A model generated the notes under the pieces. That model did no database searches. It was not told the origin of the DNA and saw only the letters and a list, made by a program, of their open reading frames with translations. The position numbers and the translations under genes were made by a program. Source: Octopus bimaculoides (Eukaryota). Taken from it: a DNA stretch of 33,837 bases. Location of the stretch: the NCBI RefSeq assembly GCF_001194135.2, contig NC_068984.1:858612-892448 (forward strand), given 5' to 3'. Of this stretch, positions 21,443 through 33,790 are shown in pieces; position 1 is the stretch's first letter; every line of letters starts with the position of its first letter.

Positions 21443-23139
21443 GTGAATTTGTAAGTCGATGCAAAGTAACAAGTTAAGGGTTAAAATTGGTTTTATTATA
21501 TTTGAAATGAATGTCTTGAGTTGATGAAATATGTCGGACAATGGTCAGTTGCAGTTTAATAGGGACCCCGGTGGATGGAGGAAGGGGCCAACAAAAGAAG
21601 AGTGACAAATTTTAAGTTGGAAGGAATTTATTGAACTCAAATCGATTTTGAAAATAAGGTAAGAATAGAAGGTGGGGGGAGGGAATGAGTGAGAGAAAAG
21701 GGAAGAAGTAGGGAATATAGAGAGGGAAACGAGAGGGAGGGAGGTATTGAGAGGTTGGATGGGTGGAGTGAAGGGAGAGGGGCAACGTATCATAGGAAAA
21801 ATGTTGGGTGGGAAAGAAGGGACACGAATGAACACACACGCACCACACACAATGGAGTATAAAACAATTGAACGTGATCCAGCAATGTTATCAAACCCAC
21901 TCTCCTGATGATGTGACGGTACACAGCTGCTGGTAGATCTTATTTATGTAATTATTTCTATAATATTTTATTTAATAGAAGGATATGGAGAACTCAGTAA
22001 CTGACAGCTGATACTATTGCACAGAAACAACTGTTGCGATTAGTGATTAAAATCTGTTCCTTCCATCTTTTCTGGTTTCATCAATTTATAACCTTCCAAT
22101 AGTCAGAGTTTATCCTCCACTTGTTCCAAAACCGCCTTACAAAGATGTTGCTACAAACAATATTGTGCAGAGTACACCCGACCGTACTTAAGGACATAAC
22201 TCAAAGTACAACCGACAATTTGCCAACACCGAACCATAAATACTAGAAAATATTTCTTCAGACGTTTGTGCAAGATCTCGTACCAGTCGTATAACAGAGA
22301 CACGACTGGCTTCACACTTATAGCTCTACGTTCAGTTAATAGTAAAAGCATCGCCGCTTGTTAGAGCAGTGGACCATAAGCTGGAGCATCGATGGTTACT
22401 TTTTTCCAACCGTCCTGGGTCGTGTCTGGAAGAAAGTCACTGATTGATTCCTGTAAATTACAATAATTGGCATAGGATGGTAGCGCGAGCACTGTTAGAT
22501 AAATCGACGAGTGTTTTCTTCGCTTACACTGTTAATTTCCAATCTTTCAACGAGAGATCCTTCATAATGGTTGTGATTGTGGGACAGTGCTTGCTTCCCA
22601 ACACCGTTAAAAGGTAAAAATATATTTCTTACCCGATAGCATTAAACTGCATCCAGTTCGAGAGGTGGTTGCGCAGGAGTTTGGAAGAGTAAGGGGTGTC
22701 TTGTTAAAAGCCGCTTCTCTCAGCTCCATTCCGATCTGGAATGGTATTACCTGTCTTTGCAACAACTATTGGTCAAAGAGTAAAAAAGTGTTCTGTGATT
22801 AAAGCATACAAGACTTAGAGGTCAACTGGCCCTTAGATCTGTGTCAAGGAAGCCCACAGGAGTGTGAACACGCTCTGATATCACATGAACCACTCCCTCT
22901 GCCTTAGGGTCAAATTCTGTGTTGAGAGTAAGTTTGGGAGCGCAAAACGTTGGAAGAATAAACTGTAATGCGGCAGAAGGCAAAGGGAGAGCACTACTGT
23001 GTGTTTTTCAAGAAAACTGAAGACTCTTCATACTTTGGTATGGGGAAGCTTTGATCTTGAAAGTCTTTAAGAACAAGGTTGTCATATGAAGAGAGAGGGA
23101 GAGAGGGAGAGAGGGAGAGGGAGGTGTGGGAGAGAGAGA

Positions 23140-23194
<55 letters not shown>

Positions 23195-24723
23195 GGAAAG
23201 AAAGAGAGAGAGGGAAAGAGAGAGAGAGAGGGAAAGAGAGAGGGAAAGAGAGAGGGAAGAGAGAGGGAANNNNNNNNNNGGAGAGAGAGGGGGGGGGCGT
23301 ATTTTAGAATTTCAAGCAAATACAAATTCTTTGAATCTGTTCACGAAGTACCCATTGTCTCCATTTGCAAACAGACTGGTAGTTCCAGCGACATTAACAT
23401 AACTGTAATGGCTTGCCTTGTTAGCTCAGTCTACCTGGCTAACAATAGGTACAGCGTAAAAAGGCAAAGACCAGTGTACCGGTTCTTTTAGAATAAAAAC
23501 AAGGAACGAAAAGGAGAGAAGGTTGGGAGAGGAAGGAAGGAATTTATGGAGAGGGAATGAGACGAATGAAATAAGAAAAATATAGGAAAGACGAAAGAAA
23601 GGAAAGAAGGAATATTTGAAGAAAGTGGAACGGTATTGTTTGTAGATGAAAGTATGACAGTGATGAGGAGATCTTTCCTTTGGGAAACATCAGGGATTGG
23701 GAAGAAATGGTAAAGTGACTCGCACACCCCAATCCCGCCTTGCTCCATATTTTGGTTGATTCAGTCTTTTGAGAAAACAGGAAGTAAAAAGAGAAATGGA
23801 GGGGGGGGGAGAATTACTGAAAGAAAAATAGTGAAATGTGTGTGGAGGGGGAGAAGAGGAATAGAATTAGTGTGAGGTAGAGGGGAGGTGGGAGGAAAGT
23901 TTCAGGAATAGAAGAACTGAGACAAGGTGGGGATGGAGGGGGTAAGGACTACTTGCAGCAGGGTGGGAATGGGGTGGGAGACTATATTGTAAAGAAGAAT
24001 TAAAGGAGGGGAAAGTAGTCTATACATAATAGATTGATTGATTATCTTCGATCAATTTTGATAGAATTTATGACTAAAACGAAGACAAAAGAAATTTTTT
24101 TAAAAACATTTTTTAATTAAGTTTGTTATTCTGTTGTTGTTGTTCTTCTTCTTTTTGGTGCTCGAAGTTTTGAACTCGTCTTTTATTTCAAGACTTCTTG
24201 GCAGAAGATGAAGAAAGGACACACTTGAAACAGTTCCTCCGCTTTAGTCACGTGACTCAAATCGTTAATTATATGCGGATGACACATCCTAGATTGTTGA
24301 CATGTTGTTGTTGTTGCTGTTGTTGTTTTGCCTCAAGTCAGCCTTGATTAAGCAGACCCAAAATCAGAGGGATTTTAGCCGTAACCATTTCATATACGAG
24401 GGGTGCCTTGTGCCTCATATTCAACATAGCCTTCTTTATCATAGTAGCGTCATTCAAAGGACTTTCGGTTGCTAGTTTTAGCAGACCCAGTGGGCCCGCA
24501 GAGATTCTCTCTCTTTACCACTCGCAGTGATCCATGATTATCCATGACCCTTTCTACTAAGACCCTTTCTACTAGGCAGGCTCAGACATTGTACAGAAGC
24601 TGTACAAAGGAAACGAAACTTGGATGCATTGACTGTTACACCGATTGCATCACGTTGGCTTGTTCTTATGCCGGCATATCGAGCCCTACTCGTGCACCAA
24701 CCTGGATGTACCCACCAATGGTA

Positions 24724-24758
<35 letters not shown>

Positions 24759-26100
24759 GGTGGTGGTGGTGGTGGTTAAAGATAAACTCAAAACCTGAAT
24801 ATAACGACGGTTTTGTATTCCAGCAGACCCCTTAGTCGAGGGAAGATTGGTACTCGGAGAACTGGCAGTGAATTGCTTGGAAAATACACAGACTGTTGAA
24901 TGGTCATTCACTTGCACAACAAAACAAACAAATTAACAGATATTAAGATTTATTCTGATGGCATCACATCACATTGGACTCAATATATTGGAGAATATCG
25001 ATGGGAGATTTAGGAGATAGAAGAGAGAAAGATGGAACCGGAATGTAAACACGAATTGTGTGTGATAGAGATAGGAGTTTTGCGCATAGAACAGGGTGGA
25101 GAGCTTTTATCGTTTGCTCTTGCTTGATGCACGAATTGAAAAATTGGTTAAAAGAGGAATAAGAAAAGAGAATGGTGTGAGTAGGAAACATCAAAGATGA
25201 CGTTGATTAACAGTGAAGAATGTATAAAGTTGTAATGGTTTAAGGGAATGTCATTAGCTTTAGTACTTCTGTGATTTTTTCGTTTGGGATGTGTACAACG
25301 ATCGGGGGGGGGGAAGAGCTTTATAATACAGCATAAAGATCTTTCCTAGAATAACGTTTTATGGAATTTGAAATCTCGTTGACGAAATTCCCTTTGCTGA
25401 TGATGTTGGAACGACTAAACGTAGAAGATAGCATTTTAGACTTAAAGATTTTCAATAAAAAAGCATGCGACATTAATGGTTGAAAGAAGAGAAGGAAGTT
25501 CTAAAGTCGATTCAAAACTTCTTTCTTTAGTTGCAACTTAAAGAAGCCGAAGTTATATTCTCCCAATTTTACTGCTCTTAGTCTTCAACCGAATTCCGTC
25601 GTTGTCTTCATTGGCAGTAGTAATGTGGTACATATATTGGAAGTTGGCTTCATAGAACTCCGTTAAATACAGGAGAGAAACGTGGATAACACATAATATA
25701 TAGATAAGTGACAACAAAGTAACGGAATATAGCAGTTAAAGTGTATGCAATTGGCCTCTGTTGCTTTTTGATCATTCATTTCAGCCGTATAGTTTTTAGA
25801 AGCCTCAATCTCCAGCTTGAACAGAGACAAGTGACAATAAAAGCCAAAGCGGCCATGACAGAAATAAATGTGAATAACGAGTGGACAGATCTACCACATA
25901 CACACACAGAATTGTACACACACACACACACACAGGCATCAGTAAGCTATAACTACACAATGCACATCACACACATCTGCAATTGGTTATTGACACATGG
26001 TCAAGAGCTTCGCTTTGTAATCACGTGCCTTCAGGTAGGTTTGATCCCAATGCATAACAGCTTCGCTTCTACTCTATTACCTTCCGGTATTATTATTATT

Positions 26101-26145
<45 letters not shown>

Positions 26146-26159
26146 GCTGTTGTTAGCAG

Positions 26160-26266
26160 CGGCGGCGGCGGCAGAGAACTGCCAGAATCATTAGCTCGTC
26201 GCACAAAACGCTTTAGTCGCATTTCTTCTGACTTTACGTTCTGAGTTCAAATACCAGTCGACTTTT
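26160..26266 (+). mobile_element. 5' half of a family-1 SINE
   Basis: GAACTGCCAGAATCATTAGC...CTTTACGTTCTGAGTTCAAATACC, preceded by a (ATT)/(GTT) run. Confidence 0.65.
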
Positions 26267-26286
26267 CGTACTTATATACAATATTA

Positions 26287-26328
<42 letters not shown>

Positions 26329-26338
26329 NNNNNNNNNN

Positions 26339-26377
<39 letters not shown>

Positions 26378-26378
26378 T

Positions 26379-26495
26379 GGCTGAGCACTCCACAGACTAC
26401 TCATTTTTGCCAGCTGAGCGGTCTGGAGCAATGTGAAATAAAGTGTCTTGCTCAAGGAAAACAGAGTTTATCCTACGAACCTGGTCAAGTGAGCA
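26379..26495 (+). mobile_element. Internally deleted family-2 SINE fragment
   Basis: GGCTGAGCACTCCACAGAC is joined directly to ACTCATTTTTGCCAGCTGAGCGGTCTGGAGCAATGTGAAATAAAGTGTCTTGCTCAAGG; both halves match 5960-6110. Confidence 0.75.
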
Positions 26496-26499
26496 AGCT

Positions 26500-26897
26500 T
26501 CAACCTCAACAGTTTATACTTTATGATAAAATCTGTTGTCACAGCAACGCTTCAAGATAACGTAATTGAAAAGAAAAAACACGTCTATTGCGACGGCAAT
26601 TTTAAAAGATGTTGTGCAAACCAGCAGTCTTCTTTCCGTCACATCAACATAAGTAAAATCACAAAGTTTTCTAGCTACATACAGAGCTTGAAGACCAATT
26701 GCACACCATATACCATCAAATGGAAAAGCGTGGAGAAATCTAAACGATATGTAAATGGATCTAAGAGATGCAACTGTTACATAACTGAAAGATCTCACAT
26801 TCATTAGAGCTCCAAGAATACCACCACAGTACTTAATTCCAGATCCGAAATTTTCAGAAAATGCAAACATATGTACAAATTTCTTTTGACGAACTGA
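26500..26897 (+). mobile_element. Penelope-like retroelement remnant: C-terminal GIY-YIG endonuclease region, inactivated
   Basis: ORF 26523-26807 plus in-frame read-through: ...GNFKRCCANQQSSFRH...TKFSSYIQSLK...YTIKWKSVEKSKRYVNGSKRCN...*...LNSRSEIFRKCKHMYKF*. This follows the invertebrate PLE C-terminal pattern (FKxRYxNHxxSF, ELSKYIWxLK, IKW, SKRCxLC, LLNKRSE, CRH). It has an internal TAG at 26805-26807 and the catalytic Arg is not recognisable. Confidence 0.8.
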
Positions 26898-27322
26898 AGG
26901 ACACCACATATACCAGACTAAGCAACTGTCCCCAGATTTTAGACTCCCTCCGTTGAATTATTCTACACCAACTAATTTAATATTTCTACAAAGAGGCGTA
27001 ACACTAATTTTCTTTCTTTTCTTGTCTGTTTTCATTCACCCTTTGTCTTCTTATTCTCTCTTATTCTTTCTCGTTTTTTCTTGTCGATTCTGATATATCA
27101 GTGTCCTATTTTCAAATGGAACAAATCATGTGCCTAGAGCTTGAAGAATACTTGGAAACATAAGGCACATTATATAAATCTGCCTAACCACGCGTCTCAA
27201 TGGCAAGAAATTATTATTAGGGCTATATTTTAATATATATATATATGTATATATATGCATGTGTGTGTCTGTGTGTATGTGTGCGTGTGTGAATCTATGA
27301 GTCTGTGTATGTGTGTGTATGT

Positions 27323-27354
<32 letters not shown>

Positions 27355-27469
27355 ATGTATATACATATATCTATATATATTTCTATATTCTTCCAGTGTG
27401 TCTCCCACACACGTCGTATTTTCTTCCTGTCTTCCGTTCCATATAACAAAACAGAAATGGATACTTTTC

Positions 27470-27665
27470 CTCTTCATCTCTCGAAGACATAATAAAGAAT
27501 AATTTTCAGCATCGCAAAAGATACCAGAAGCATCTTTCCAGACAACTGAGGATGGGTGATAATAAATGGATGAACATATTATCAGAAGAATATCATGATC
27601 CAAAGCGGAGCCCGTGAAAAGACAGTCGGGTAGATGAAGAGGCAGCCTGCCGGTCCTCTGTTTCG
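27470..27665 (+). mobile_element. Possible degenerate 3' fragment of an RTE-type LINE
   Basis: Translates as RQLRMGDNKWMNILSEEYHDPKRS..., echoing the RTE C-terminal 'DNRW..R..EW.P...KR..GR' pattern. Weak. Confidence 0.3.
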
Positions 27666-29404
27666 AAGTTATAAATGCCATGAACAACCAGTACCTGATT
27701 GTGTGACGATGTTTATGACAAGGGTTCCCAAACTTGGTGACATTTTAATGAATGACACATTTTACCTTTAAACAAATATTTAAAAAAAATTTGTCCTGCT
27801 TTCAGTCATTGTTTTGGGGCCATTGTTTTGGGGCACTGTGTTTGAGGATTTAGCCAATCGAATGGAAACCTTACAGATTTCATTGTAGTGCATATTTTAG
27901 TATTCCAAAGAAAACTAAAACATTTAGTATGGAAGCTTTATAAATATCAAAATACAAACGAAAACTATAAACGGAAACAAACATATGAAATACGAAATAT
28001 GACAAGATAACCTTTAAACAAGTTTAAACCCAACGACTGCGACTTTATAAGTTCTGATGATCACTTACTACCGAATGCAAACCACGGCAACACCACTTTC
28101 ACCACTCAGAAGATGTGAGCGAGAGAGTGCAATGAGACGTTGGTGTTTAAGGTTATTTTTTCAAACTAAACTAGACTAAAGGACTGATGAGGAATTGTGG
28201 AAATTCTTTGATAAGAAAAAGAAAAGATTAGATTCGAACACATTTGTATCTTTAATACACGTCGCCCATCACTAATCTTGCATCACAGTTACCCGAAGGT
28301 CGCCGACTTAGTGATTTTGACGAAATACAGAGTGGTCAAATTAAAATACATCAAACCCCAAAACAATCCAACACATTTTACCTTTACAACACTGTCCATA
28401 GGTCAGTACGAGTTGGTTAATAAAGAAACAGCCTTCAAAAGGCACGTCAATAACGAGGTCGCGAATGGCGACGAAGGGGCGTTGACAAACCTTGTTGACT
28501 GATTGATTGGCAAAACGATTAATCAAACAATCGATTAGTTAACTGGTTCAGTAATTAACCAAGTATTAAATAAAAAAAGCAAAGAAATGAAATAGAAACA
28601 GTGCATGTGTTTATTATTAGAGTAATGACCCTCCCGAAATACAACGAAATATGTTTCAACACATGAGTTCACATCAAGAATATTCCAAACCAAATACAGA
28701 AATGAAATTTTTAATGAAAAATTAAGTGAAATTTTAATGACTTTCACACAAAATGTCCATTATGGCCGCTTCCAAAATGAAGTGCTGGAAATTTAAAACG
28801 AAGAATTTTTCTGTGCCTTGTGGTGAAGGGTGACGGAATTGGCATCTTCTTGAGGTGAATGTACCTCATATTTGAATATATGATTTTAAAAAATGTATCA
28901 AGTATCGAAAATGTTAATGCCTTAGTATTTGATAATTTTTTTCAAGAAAAAATTCTTCAGATTTGGTTGCAGTAAATATTGAGTTGTGGCTCTCATGCCG
29001 ATGTTTTAGTAAATGAATTATGCTTCACAACAAACCTTATTGTGTAACATATTCATAAACAATTTACATTTTACCACACATTCCAACAGCAACAGATTCT
29101 ACCTTAGTGACCATCTCGGATTTTTACTACGGTTTATTATGTGGTGAATAGATGTACTGCGGCTAAGAATTTGTTCCAAAAGAATATGAGATTGAGACAT
29201 TAATTCTTACCTTCCACGGAATTTCTTAGTGATTCAGCTGATCGATTAATGCCAAAATCGAAAGCCAGTCGTCAACAATAATATGGTCCTCTCTTAGCTA
29301 CATGATCCTGAGTTATAGAGGGGAAACTGGCCTTCATGGTTATGTTCATACGCTAAGAGAGTTAAACAGGAGGCACTACTTCAATGAGAAACTGCAGTTA
29401 ACCG

Positions 29405-29562
29405 ATTCGGCACAGCGGGTAACTTACCTCTTGCTCTACCGACTTAATATAGCACAGATTCGGCCCACAGCTTGTATCTTACTCGGCAGCCTCTTCATAA
29501 GACAAGTTCGGCCCAGCGGGTGACTTACTTCTCGCTTTATAGCCTCGACATAACACAGATTC
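29405..29562 (+). repeat. Degenerate ~50-53-bp tandem repeat (3 units)
   Basis: Units start (A/G)TTCGGC(A/C)CAGC at 29405, 29458 and 29506 and end in CACAG/GACAAG. Units 1 and 3 share GCGGGT(A/G)ACTTAC(C/T)TCT(T/C)GCT. Confidence 0.7.
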
Positions 29563-30169
29563 TTAGATTCTTACCGAGTCACAAGATCAATTATTGGCAA
29601 AAAGTCTGTTGAATTGATCTCCCTCCAAAGAATTAAAGAAAATGTCTCAATTTCTGGAATTTGAACTGCAAAGATATGCGATGGGGATGAGGTGTAAAAC
29701 TAAATGCAACATTGATATCGATATCCATTGATATCGATATCCTGTATTGGCAGGAGGTCACACAATTATTGGTGCTACTAAGCCCCCGGGCAACCTTAAT
29801 TCAGCAGACCTGTGATCAAAGACTGTCCAATGTTGACCATCCAGTCATTTTGCCAGACACAGGGCACTTAGGATCACAGTATCCAATGTGCTGCTTTTAA
29901 AATGGTGGGTTATTTCGGAAGGTAAGTTTAGCTTCTATTTCTAGCAGGTTGAGCGATTATATAAAGGTTGCTTCGATGACTCAGATCACACCTTTTGTAG
30001 GAGGAGCTATTTGCATTTAAGCCCCCCCCCCTCTACCACTACAAAACAGGTATTTATTTGTCAACCCTGAAGGAAGGAAAGAAGAGTGGAATGAGAAAAT
30101 GGCCGAAAACACTCAGAGTACAAATAATATTGATCTCTGAAATAGGCAGAAAGTCATCGATAATCGATT

Positions 30170-30255
30170 AAATCGGCCTAACAGTATATTTATTAACCCC
30201 ATGAGAGATGAAAAGTAAAGTTCAGCTCAATGGCATTTGAACTCAGACTGTAGCG
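30170..30255 (-). mobile_element. Degenerate family-1 SINE fragment, reverse orientation
   Basis: The reverse complement reads CTGAGTTCAAATGCCATTGAGCTGAACTTTACTTTTCATCTCTCATGGGGTTAATAAATATACTG. Confidence 0.6.
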
Positions 30256-30841
30256 CCAGATTCTCTGTTCGACACTCAACCGATTCTACTACCTATCAAC
30301 ACAAACCATAACAAGTCGACAGAGAAACTTGTATCTGGCCTCTGGGCCTGTTAGAAATGACAGCCAAATCTTCCTCACCGTCTTTTAAAGAAAAGAAACA
30401 CATTGAGTAATGTGGGCCTGACTTCCTTGCACATGCATGGGGTGGGGTGGGGGTCATACGGGCTGGTCTCGGCTGGAACGCTTTGATTAGTACTCTGCTC
30501 CTACAGGATTGACCTGGGGCTAAACAAAAGCAACAGCAACAAAAACAAAAACATCAAACAATATTGATAACAGATAAAAATATATGAAAGACGAATAGTG
30601 AAGTAATACATATGTAAGCTTGTGAAGGTGTTTCTATGTTGTGTGCATGTGTGTGTGTGTGTGTGTCTGTGTGCGTGTGTGTGTGTGTGCGCGTGTGCGT
30701 GTGTGTGTTTCTGTTGTTGTATACACTGTATATATATTTGCATCTTCACGACAATAATTGAATTTCTATAGATCTGTCAATATGGTTTTATACCTATGTA
30801 TGCATGGATATATGTGTGTGTGTGTGTGTGTGTGTGCGTGA

Positions 30842-30893
<52 letters not shown>

Positions 30894-31015
30894 NNNNNNN
30901 NNNNNNNNNNNNNNNNNNNNNNNNNNNNNNNNNNNNNNNNNNNNNNNNNNNNNNNNNNNNNNNNNNNNNNNNNNNNNNNNNNNNNNNNNNNNNNNNNNNN
31001 NNNNNNNNNNNNNNN
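30894..31015. other. Assembly gap (122 N) between (TA)n and (GA)n; a 10-N gap also lies at 26329-26338
   Basis: N runs. Confidence 1.
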
Positions 31016-31054
<39 letters not shown>

Positions 31055-31738
31055 TCCACTGAATAAGCCCAGACAGCACACTTCCACTGAATGTCACGTT
31101 TTTTAAAGTTTTTCTTCCCTGTTTTCTTTCTTCTGTCTTTCCTTCCTTCTTTCTATCTTTACTTTTGAAGAGGAACCGAGATTTGGTTCTGTCAGATGAA
31201 ACTGCCTTCTTTGTGAAATCTCTCCTTTCTCTGGCAGTGGCAGCGATAGCTGTGGTGGTGAGGTGCGGGTGCGTGTGTGTAGGTGTGGGTGTGTACATAG
31301 AAACAGGGTTTCGAGTTCAGTAAAGAACTTGATAGTATCGACACAATCTATTTGTTCCAACACTAGGTGCAGAGTACTCCCGTCCATCGGTGCGAAGAAA
31401 CAGACCTGGTTTATGCTCACGGCATTGCTCTAATAAACATCAGAAAAGGTCACCAGACCTGAGTGACGGTGCTGCGACGCCCGCTCAAACATGTTCTTTT
31501 GCTACCAGGAGAAATGCAAGGCGGAAGACCGGGACCTGTTGATTGCAAATGCACATCCGTCGAAAACCGTTGACTCATGTAAACAGGAACCTTCTGTTGA
31601 GATGTCCTCAAAAGGTTTCATTTTCCATTCAGATACATAAATCTTCTCCGCCAACTCCACACAGGGATCAGAACCAGAATTGGTGGGAGGCAATGGGAAA
31701 TGGGGAAGCTGGCTCCTTTTACCATTTAATATATTCTT

Positions 31739-31958
31739 TAAGGCGGCAAACTGAGAGAATAGTTAGTGTGCCGGTTAAAATGCTTAGCAGCATTTCGTCC
31801 GCTTTTACGTTCTCAGTTTAAATTCCGCCAAGGTCGACTTTGTCTTTCATCCTTTCGGAATTGATAAAATAGGTACCAGAAAAGTACTAAGGTCGATGTA
31901 ATCGACTTACCCCGCCTCCTTTGAAATTGCTGGCCTTGTGCCGAAATTTGAAACCCAT
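31739..31958 (+). mobile_element. Full-length family-1 SINE
   Basis: AAGGCGGCAAACTGAGAGAATAGTTAG...TTTAAATTCCGCCAAGGTCGACTTTGTCTTTCATCCTTTCGG...GGTCGATGTAATCGACTTACCC...GGCCTTGTGCCGAAATTTGAAACC, collinear with 2941-3160. Confidence 0.85.
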
Positions 31959-33417
31959 ATTCTGTGTTTGTCGGACAACATCATCACACAAAAGGAGTGA
32001 AGGAGACATAAGAGTCATTATTGACTGATCAGTGGACGGGAACCTTTTCCGGATTCAGAACGCTGCCCTCCATCATCACCAGAATCAGGTCTGAAAGCAT
32101 CTTGGAAATACCATAGCCTAACGTTAAAGGAAGAGATTCCATTGCAACCAGAGAAGACCGACAGGATCTTTCTAAACAACCATCTCATTCTCCATACCCA
32201 ATTTCCATGACTACTGCGTACTCTGTGTTTCCATTCTACTCACCCGGGTGCGGACGTAAACCACACATAGCAGTCATATCAAGACTGAGGGGAAGGAAGG
32301 TTCTTTTTAATATTCTCAGCTTATTGAAGATGTGTTTAGTTGCCTGGTTAAAAGGAGATTCTTCAAGCATACATCCTTCGTCAGCAACATTGGCTCTACA
32401 CCATAAAGAGACAGCGGTTGAGATAACTCAGATCTATGTAGGGTCTATAATATCTGACTGACTCTCGTCTCCCCTAGGATCTTCAACGGCCAGCAACACC
32501 ACGGACGGTCCTCCTCCAATGTCTGGTTGGAGGAACCAATAAGTAACTCAAAGATCAGCTGAAGACTTCGTTAAACAGGTGCCTGCGCTCAACATTGCCT
32601 CACACCCATTTTGTATCGTCATACTATCAAGTCAAAGTTTCAAGTTCAATAACAAACCTGGAGGGGGGGCAGTGAGACGTTAAAGGTGGTGGTGGTGGTG
32701 GTGGTGGTGGTGGCGGTAGTGGTGGTCTTCTAGATGATTTTAGTACGAAACTAGGCACTGGATCATCTTCATGATTCTATAACCATTTCTTTCACAGGAT
32801 TTGAACATGGCATCAAATATTCACAGACCACACATTAACCTTTGACTATTGGTGAGACTGTCTCTATGAATGGCATTAATTTGCAGACAAATGAACGGAG
32901 AAATGGAGTCATGATCAAGCAGACAGTACAGGATGGGTGGTCCAATCGGGATGGTCACTTCAGTTGTGACATCGTTGCTAGCATCTGTGAACAGTTAGAT
33001 TCTATATAGAAAAGCGTTCCAACCGTGACCTGCCTACTGTTTTAGATATCAGGGACGGCTGTATATTTCCAATGTGTACTTTCATTTTGAAGAGCGTAGA
33101 CTGTTATTTTTAGCAAATCCAACGACTGCATAGAGAGTCTTTCATTACATCTTACATGACATCGTGACATTGGGAATGGCGAAAATAGATTTTCTGCTAT
33201 TCAGGTAGTTGTTGATGTTGTTGTTGTTGTTGTTATTGTTGTTGTTAGTTACTGTTGTATTTGTTTTTGTTATTCTTATTTCTGTTGTTTTCTCTCTTCC
33301 GCCCCTGCATCTCCCTACACCCTTTCTACACCCAAGCCTTTCTCACCAGGGTAACTACTTGCTATTTGGTCAGAGTAACAATTACTTATGCAATGTGAAT
33401 AGACATAAAGACAGACC

Positions 33418-33652
33418 CAGGGTCCTCAACCGGCGCCCATTTCACCGTTGCGGACCCATATGAGATTCCGTTGTTGAAAATTTTTGCGCAATAAATTACT
33501 TTTACTTCTTCAATTCAGAAAATATTTTAACAATTTTTCTGTAAAATCCCTGGTAATATTTAATTATTAAAACATCGAATGGCTATCAGGGTCCAAACGA
33601 GTAAAAAAGGAATCAAGGGGATCGATAGGCAAAAAAGTGTTGAGAAACACAG
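33418..33652. mobile_element. Probable hAT/Charlie-type MITE (~235 bp)
   Basis: Left end CAGGGTCCTCAACC; right end GTTGAGAAACACAG (reverse complement CTGTGTTTCTCAAC). Both resemble CAGTGGTTCTCAA-type hAT TIRs, and the interior is AT-rich. No 8-bp TSD is visible. Confidence 0.5.
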
Positions 33653-33790
33653 AGATGAGTAGCTGGACATAAAGGGAGAAAAGAGAGAGAGGTAGATAGA
33701 ATAGAAAGAGAAAGAGGGAGAGAGAAGTAGATAGGTTGAGAGACAGAGAGAGAGGAGGGTTAGATAGGTAAATAACTAGAATAGATAAGT

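Noticed and set aside
20624-21541. 305-aa Ser/Leu-rich minus-strand ORF and overlapping Arg/Glu-rich plus-strand ORFs
   Set aside because: Translations of the GA/TC tract with no recognisable domain.
28175-28215. Hammerhead ribozyme core (CTGATGAG...GAAA)
   Set aside because: Stem II does not pair and there is no NUH site with stems I/III in a valid topology. Other CTGATGA hits (21905, 28054, and minus strand ~150-165) also fail.
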